Part shown: positions 63,767-64,000 of the stretch, piece after piece
Numbering within the stretch: position 1 is the first letter of the stretch
Layout: every line of letters starts with the position of its first letter
Notes under the pieces: model-generated
Told to the model about the DNA's origin: nothing
The model's database searches: none
The model's input: only the letters and a program-made list of their open reading frames with translations
Program-made: the position numbers and the translations under genes
Source of the DNA: Thermoanaerobaculia bacterium
GTDB lineage: Bacteria > Acidobacteriota > Thermoanaerobaculia > Multivoradales > JAGPDF01
Reading direction: 5' to 3'
Length of the DNA stretch: 64,000 nt
Assembly (NCBI GenBank): GCA_963699245.1
Contig: OY969426.1
Location: 216,695 to 280,694, forward strand

Positions 63767-64000
63767 GTGCCCGAAGCGAACGCGATCGAGCTGAGCACGG
63801 TGCGGACTCGCGCCGAGCGCAAGAGTTTCGTGCGCTTCCCCTGGCGCATCTACGGCGACGACCCCTGCTGGGTGCCGCCGCTCGAGATCGAGCGGATGGC
63901 TTTCCTCGACCGGCGCAAGAACCCCTTCTTCCGCCACTCGGAGGCCGAGCTCTTTCTCGCCTGGCGCGGCGGCGAGCCGGTCGGGAGGATCGCGGCGATC
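63767..64000 (+). CDS. GNAT-like N-acetyltransferase-family protein, 3'-partial (runs off window)
   Basis: Open frame from GTG 63767 to the window end, not in the ORF track because it has no stop: VPEANAIELSTVRTRAERKSFVRFPWRIYGDDPCWVPPLEIERMAFLDRRKNPFFRHSEAELFLAWRGGEPVGRIAAI. Confidence 0.55.
   Translation, partial: MPEANAIELSTVRTRAERKSFVRFPWRIYGDDPCWVPPLEIERMAFLDRRKNPFFRHSEAELFLAWRGGEPVGRIAAI

Noticed and set aside
1-64000. Looked for CRISPR repeats, rRNA/tRNA genes, transposases, integrases or att-like direct repeats bounding the 15-kb island
   Set aside because: None found by eye. The island's left end is outside the window, and the right end (~14.97 kb) abuts the cytochrome c gene with no recognisable recombinase or tRNA target.

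Overview
High-GC bacterial chromosomal segment. Most of the window looks about 70% GC by eye. The first ~5.4 kb and parts of 9-14 kb are visibly more AT-rich. Gene content (TolB-propeller Ser/Thr kinases, secreted TPR proteins, a TonB-dependent receptor) suggests an Acidobacteriota-like soil or sediment organism, but that is inference only. I recognised no rRNA, tRNA, CRISPR array, transposase or integrase. Layout: (i) 1-~14.97 kb is an accessory defence/addiction island. It holds a type III R-M system (mod, res), an Mrr-like nuclease, a 5'-truncated HNH nuclease, and about ten toxin-antitoxin cassettes or remnants (RelE, HigBA, HicAB, MNT/HEPN, DUF4160/DUF2442, Gp49-like/XRE, killer/antidote). 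These are built from segments that recur within the island. (ii) 14.97-34.6 kb holds redox and housekeeping genes: a cytochrome c, a sulfotransferase, a 2-oxoacid:ferredoxin oxidoreductase cluster carrying a GltD-like NAD(P)H module, GAF-PP2C, a GH-D-like hydrolase, SOUL, NmrA, MOSC, ApaG, a Ser/Thr kinase and a TPR protein. (iii) 34.8-50.4 kb is a cell-envelope or peptide-modification locus. My best candidate for an undescribed system is here: a PqqD(RRE)-TPR protein, an HprK-like kinase and an S26-peptidase/PF14907-nucleotidyltransferase fusion at 45.7-49.8 kb, with no lasso cyclase. Beside it lie a GT-C-like membrane protein and a tightly coupled PaaK-like / NPP-phosphodiesterase / PaaK-like operon. 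(iv) 50.5-64 kb is a long minus-strand array: guaA, an EAL phosphodiesterase, a second Ser/Thr kinase, a TPC-motif P1B ATPase, then tandem USP, a TonB-dependent receptor and OM beta-barrels. Major caveat: reading-frame breaks are confined to blocks (1-8.97 kb, 18.2-22.85 kb, 30.2-32.05 kb), while ~30 kb (33.9-64 kb) shows none. The breaks are single-base indels in short C/G runs and the protein motifs between them are intact. This looks more like unpolished assembly error than real gene decay. I label such genes pseudogene as the sequence stands. All family assignments come from motif recognition by eye, with no database search.
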